Assembly: GCA_963803805.1 (NCBI GenBank)
Contig: CAWDOD010000004.1
Location: 192,001 to 256,000 of the forward strand
Direction: 5' to 3'
From: an uncultured cyanobacterium
GTDB taxonomy: Bacteria; Cyanobacteriota; Cyanobacteriia; Cyanobacteriales; CAWCAG01
Length of the DNA: 64,000 nt
Made by a program: the position numbers and the translations under genes. The first letter of the stretch is position 1; each line of letters begins with the position of its first letter. Under the pieces are notes generated by a model that saw only the letters and a list, made by a program, of their open reading frames with translations, was not told where the DNA came from and ran no database searches. This document shows, piece by piece, positions 61,128-64,000 of this stretch.

Positions 61128-63125
61128 CTAATCCTGAAAACGAGCTGTCATACAATAGGGGCAATCCATCCAATCCTGTTGTAGTTCTGCTCCACAAGAA
61201 CGGCAGGTTAAAGAAGTTTTACGTTTAGCTTTCAACTCAGCTTCTAAACCTGAGTCTGTGAAAGTTACCCTTTCTACTTCTTCTAAGGTTGTATGACCTC
61301 CTCTAACTAAATCTAGACTATAGGACAGCAGCGTTTTCATGCCATCTTCTACCGCAGCTTCTTTGATGCGTTCTGTGGGCGCTCCTTCATTAATCAGAGT
61401 TTGTAGTCTTTCACTAACCCGCATCACTTCATATACGCCAACTCTACCCTTGTAACCGATACCATTACATTTTTTACAAAGAGTTCCTCCTGATCTAGCT
61501 GCAGCAAGTTCTTCCGGGAGCAGACTGTTGGCTTTGTAAAAGGTTATCTCTCCATCACTGGAGGCGGATAAACCAAATCTAGCTAATTCTTCAGTAGTAG
61601 GGTGATGCTCTAAACAGCACTCATCACAAACTTTTCGCATTAAGCGTTGCGCTAGTACACCAAGAAGGGCCCCAGATACCATAAATGGTTCTACACCCAT
61701 CTCATCCAAGCGAGCGATCGCCCCAGCAGCGTCGTTGGTATGGAGGGTTGTTAGTACTAGGTGTCCGGTTAAGGCTGCTTCAATAGCTGTTTTAGCCGTT
61801 TCTATATCACGAGTTTCTCCTACGAGGATGACATCAGGATCTTGACGCATAAAAGCCCGTAGAATTGAGGCAAAATCCATGCCTTTTTCCCGGATTACCT
61901 GGACTTGGGTAATACCAGCTAAGGAATATTCAATGGGATCTTCTGCGGTACTAATATTAACCCCAGGACTATTTCTTTCTGCTAAAACCGAGTACAAACT
62001 CGTCGATTTACCTGAACCTGTCGGTCCCGTAACCAGGATTAGTCCAAAGGGACGACTCGCCATCTCCCGGACAATTTCCAAGGTATCTGGATCAGTAATT
62101 AAAAAATCTAACCCTAGTTGGGTAGCGGTATTATCCAGAATCCGCAGAACGATTTTTTCTCCATAGCGGCTAGGTAAAGTACTAACCCGGAAATCAACTT
62201 TACGTCCTTGGAAAACTCGTCTAATTTTGCCATCTTGAGGTAATCTGCGCTCAGCAATATCCAATTCCGCCATAATTTTAAAACGAGCCGATACTGCTGC
62301 GGTAACTTTTTTAGGGATGGGTGGCTGATTAAATACTTCTCTTAATACACCGTCTTTACGGAAACGCACTCTTAGGCGTTCTTCTTGAGGTTCTATATGG
62401 ATATCAGAAACTCCATCTTGTAAGCCCTTAGCCAGTATTTTGTTAACTAAGTTGATTACAGGAGCGCCTTGAGCATCTCCCACTGCATCAAGGTCATCAT
62501 CTACTTCATCAGGAGCATCTTCTAAGCTACCTAGATTTTCTAGGTCTTCAGCCACATCAACCCTAGAGGCTTCTTCTTGTTGCTTAGCTTGAGCCACTTG
62601 CTCATCTAAATAGCCTTCTATGAGCTTTTGATAGTCCTCTTTAGTAATGACCATTCTTTGCAAGGCTACTTTTTGAGGCCGCAGAATGCGATTAAGATCG
62701 TCTTGAGCGCCAAGATCATCAGGATCTACCATGGCAACTAAAACAGAAGGTGGTGTTTCTGTTTTAGAGATGGGAACCAGATTATGACGGCGACACAGAT
62801 CAACCGGAATCAAGGTATCAATAAGTTCCCCCATCTGATTATTGGCAATGGGATCAATCTCTGGGTCTACTGAATCAACACCGTAGAGTATTTTTAATTC
62901 AAATAGCTGCTGTTTCTTAAACTGGCGTAGTAATTCAGGAGAGAGTTGCTGACCAGTAAGCGACTCTAATACTTCTGTTAATGGACGACCAGTCTTACGG
63001 GTTTCTGCCAGAGCTTGGTGCATCTGTTTGTCATCTACGTAACCCGACTGGATCAGTTTCCTACCAAATGGAGATACATCGTCTTTGAGGGCGAGAGCGC
63101 GGGAGCGCCGTGATGATGAAGTCAT
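61128..63125 (-). CDS. pilB: Type IV pilus assembly ATPase PilB
   Basis: SDIHIEP, ERRLPQDG, GPTGSGKST, RQDPD, zinc CxxC pairs, cyanobacterial C-terminal CRSC...CPYC. Confidence 0.97.
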   Translation of the reverse strand: MTSSSRRSRALALKDDVSPFGRKLIQSGYVDDKQMHQALAETRKTGRPLTEVLESLTGQQLSPELLRQFKKQQLFELKILYGVDSVDPEIDPIANNQMGELIDTLIPVDLCRRHNLVPISKTETPPSVLVAMVDPDDLGAQDDLNRILRPQKVALQRMVITKEDYQKLIEGYLDEQVAQAKQQEEASRVDVAEDLENLGSLEDAPDEVDDDLDAVGDAQGAPVINLVNKILAKGLQDGVSDIHIEPQEERLRVRFRKDGVLREVFNQPPIPKKVTAAVSARFKIMAELDIAERRLPQDGKIRRVFQGRKVDFRVSTLPSRYGEKIVLRILDNTATQLGLDFLITDPDTLEIVREMASRPFGLILVTGPTGSGKSTSLYSVLAERNSPGVNISTAEDPIEYSLAGITQVQVIREKGMDFASILRAFMRQDPDVILVGETRDIETAKTAIEAALTGHLVLTTLHTNDAAGAIARLDEMGVEPFMVSGALLGVLAQRLMRKVCDECCLEHHPTTEELARFGLSASSDGEITFYKANSLLPEELAAARSGGTLCKKCNGIGYKGRVGVYEVMRVSERLQTLINEGAPTERIKEAAVEDGMKTLLSYSLDLVRGGHTTLEEVERVTFTDSGLEAELKAKRKTSLTCRSCGAELQQDWMDCPYCMTARFQD

Positions 63126-63565
63126 GGTTGGTGAAAATAGCTCCTTATATTACACATTTTTCACTCTTTGCCTTGGCTAAAATTATTCTTTAATTTTGCT
63201 CAAATGTTGGTAAATTAATGGAATTCTGATTAGACTTAGGGTGAATATTCTTCGCCAAAGCTTTATTAGTGGGTAAGATATCCACGATGATAGCTTTTTT
63301 CTTTAGTGAGATTGACCTAGCTTGAGCAAGATATTTACTTTTGCCCAAGAAAAATCTTGTTTGCTTGGGGTATAGCTCTTGGCAATATCATCGTCTTTGT
63401 CTATAAATGTTACATTAAGTTAAAGACAGATAAGTTATTGAGAATACAGGCCAATATGTATCTTAAGAGTCCCAAGGGAGCCAATCTAGAGACATACTAG
63501 CTAAATATTATCTCCCCTCCCAAAAACTATAAAGTGTACTTTTGTGATTTTAGATAAAATACATC

Positions 63566-64000
63566 ATGATTGATGAGCAAAAGCCCTCAGAAAAAACTTT
63601 GGAGCATCCCGAGGAAAGTTCAGGAATGTCTGAGCAAAAAGAACCAGAAAACTCTCCCGAAATGACTGAAAATCTAGCGGAGGAAATGACTTTAGACTCT
63701 TTTGATACCGAGAAAGCTGACTCTTCTGAGCCAGATATAAGCTACTCTCCCTCTGAATCTGGTGAGGCAGAAGTGGTTATTCAAGCTCTACAGCAAGAAA
63801 TTTCTGCTTTAAATGAGCGACTGGTCAAACAATCTGAGCAGGGAGACTCTTTCAAAGAAAAATATATGCGCCTCGCTGCTGATTTCGAAAACTGGCGCAA
63901 GCGGGTGCAAAAAGAAAAAGAAGATTTAGAGCAGCAGGTCAAGAGAAATACTATTACCGAATTATTATCTGTAGTAGATAACTTTGAGCGAGCGCGTTCT
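63566..64000 (+). CDS. grpE: Nucleotide exchange factor GrpE, 3'-truncated by the window edge
   Basis: Hand translation MIDEQK...YMRLAADFENWRKR...ELLSVVDNFERA; divergent from pilB. Confidence 0.95.
   Translation, partial: MIDEQKPSEKTLEHPEESSGMSEQKEPENSPEMTENLAEEMTLDSFDTEKADSSEPDISYSPSESGEAEVVIQALQQEISALNERLVKQSEQGDSFKEKYMRLAADFENWRKRVQKEKEDLEQQVKRNTITELLSVVDNFERARS

Larger units (their letters stand above)
1..64000. repeat. HIP1 octamer (GCGATCGC) dispersed through the window
   Basis: About 22 occurrences counted by eye (e.g. near 683, 2274, 7692, 16758, 35850, 57508), far above chance for an 8-mer in AT-rich DNA. Confidence 0.9.

Noticed and set aside
1..64000. CRISPR array, cas genes, prophage or defence island
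   Set aside because: No regularly spaced 25-40 bp repeats with unique spacers and no recognisable cas, phage or restriction genes

Overview
Cyanobacterial chromosomal DNA: about 22 HIP1 GCGATCGC octamers, psbDC, petE, sasA and heptameric STRR arrays. It is mostly core genome: htpG, lnt, a petL missed by the ORF track, clpP, miaE, rsmG, a hetF-like gene, pheS, tatC, a GH57 gene, sasA, psbD-psbC, lptC/NYN/metG, a long-form hisG, RNase P RNA, a four-gene phosphorelay cluster with an ethylene-receptor-type kinase, petE, pstSCAB, bioU, pilB-pilT-pilC and the start of grpE. I see no CRISPR array, prophage, intact transposase or defence island, and no clearly novel multi-gene system. The most notable signals are small-scale: (1) a 23-24 nt double-hairpin element with compensatory changes, inserted at GAT^C in three places; (2) a 148-bp MITE with an 8-bp target duplication whose empty site is in the same window; (3) a minimal ethylene-binding-domain kinase in tandem with a multi-PAS kinase; (4) a secreted TPR-CHAT protein lacking its catalytic Cys; (5) tandem PetR-type boxes at petE and two Pho-box sets at pstS; (6) four frameshifts in conserved genes, three at GGNCC motifs, probably sequencing artefacts. 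All calls come from reading the sequence and remembered family motifs; no searches were run.
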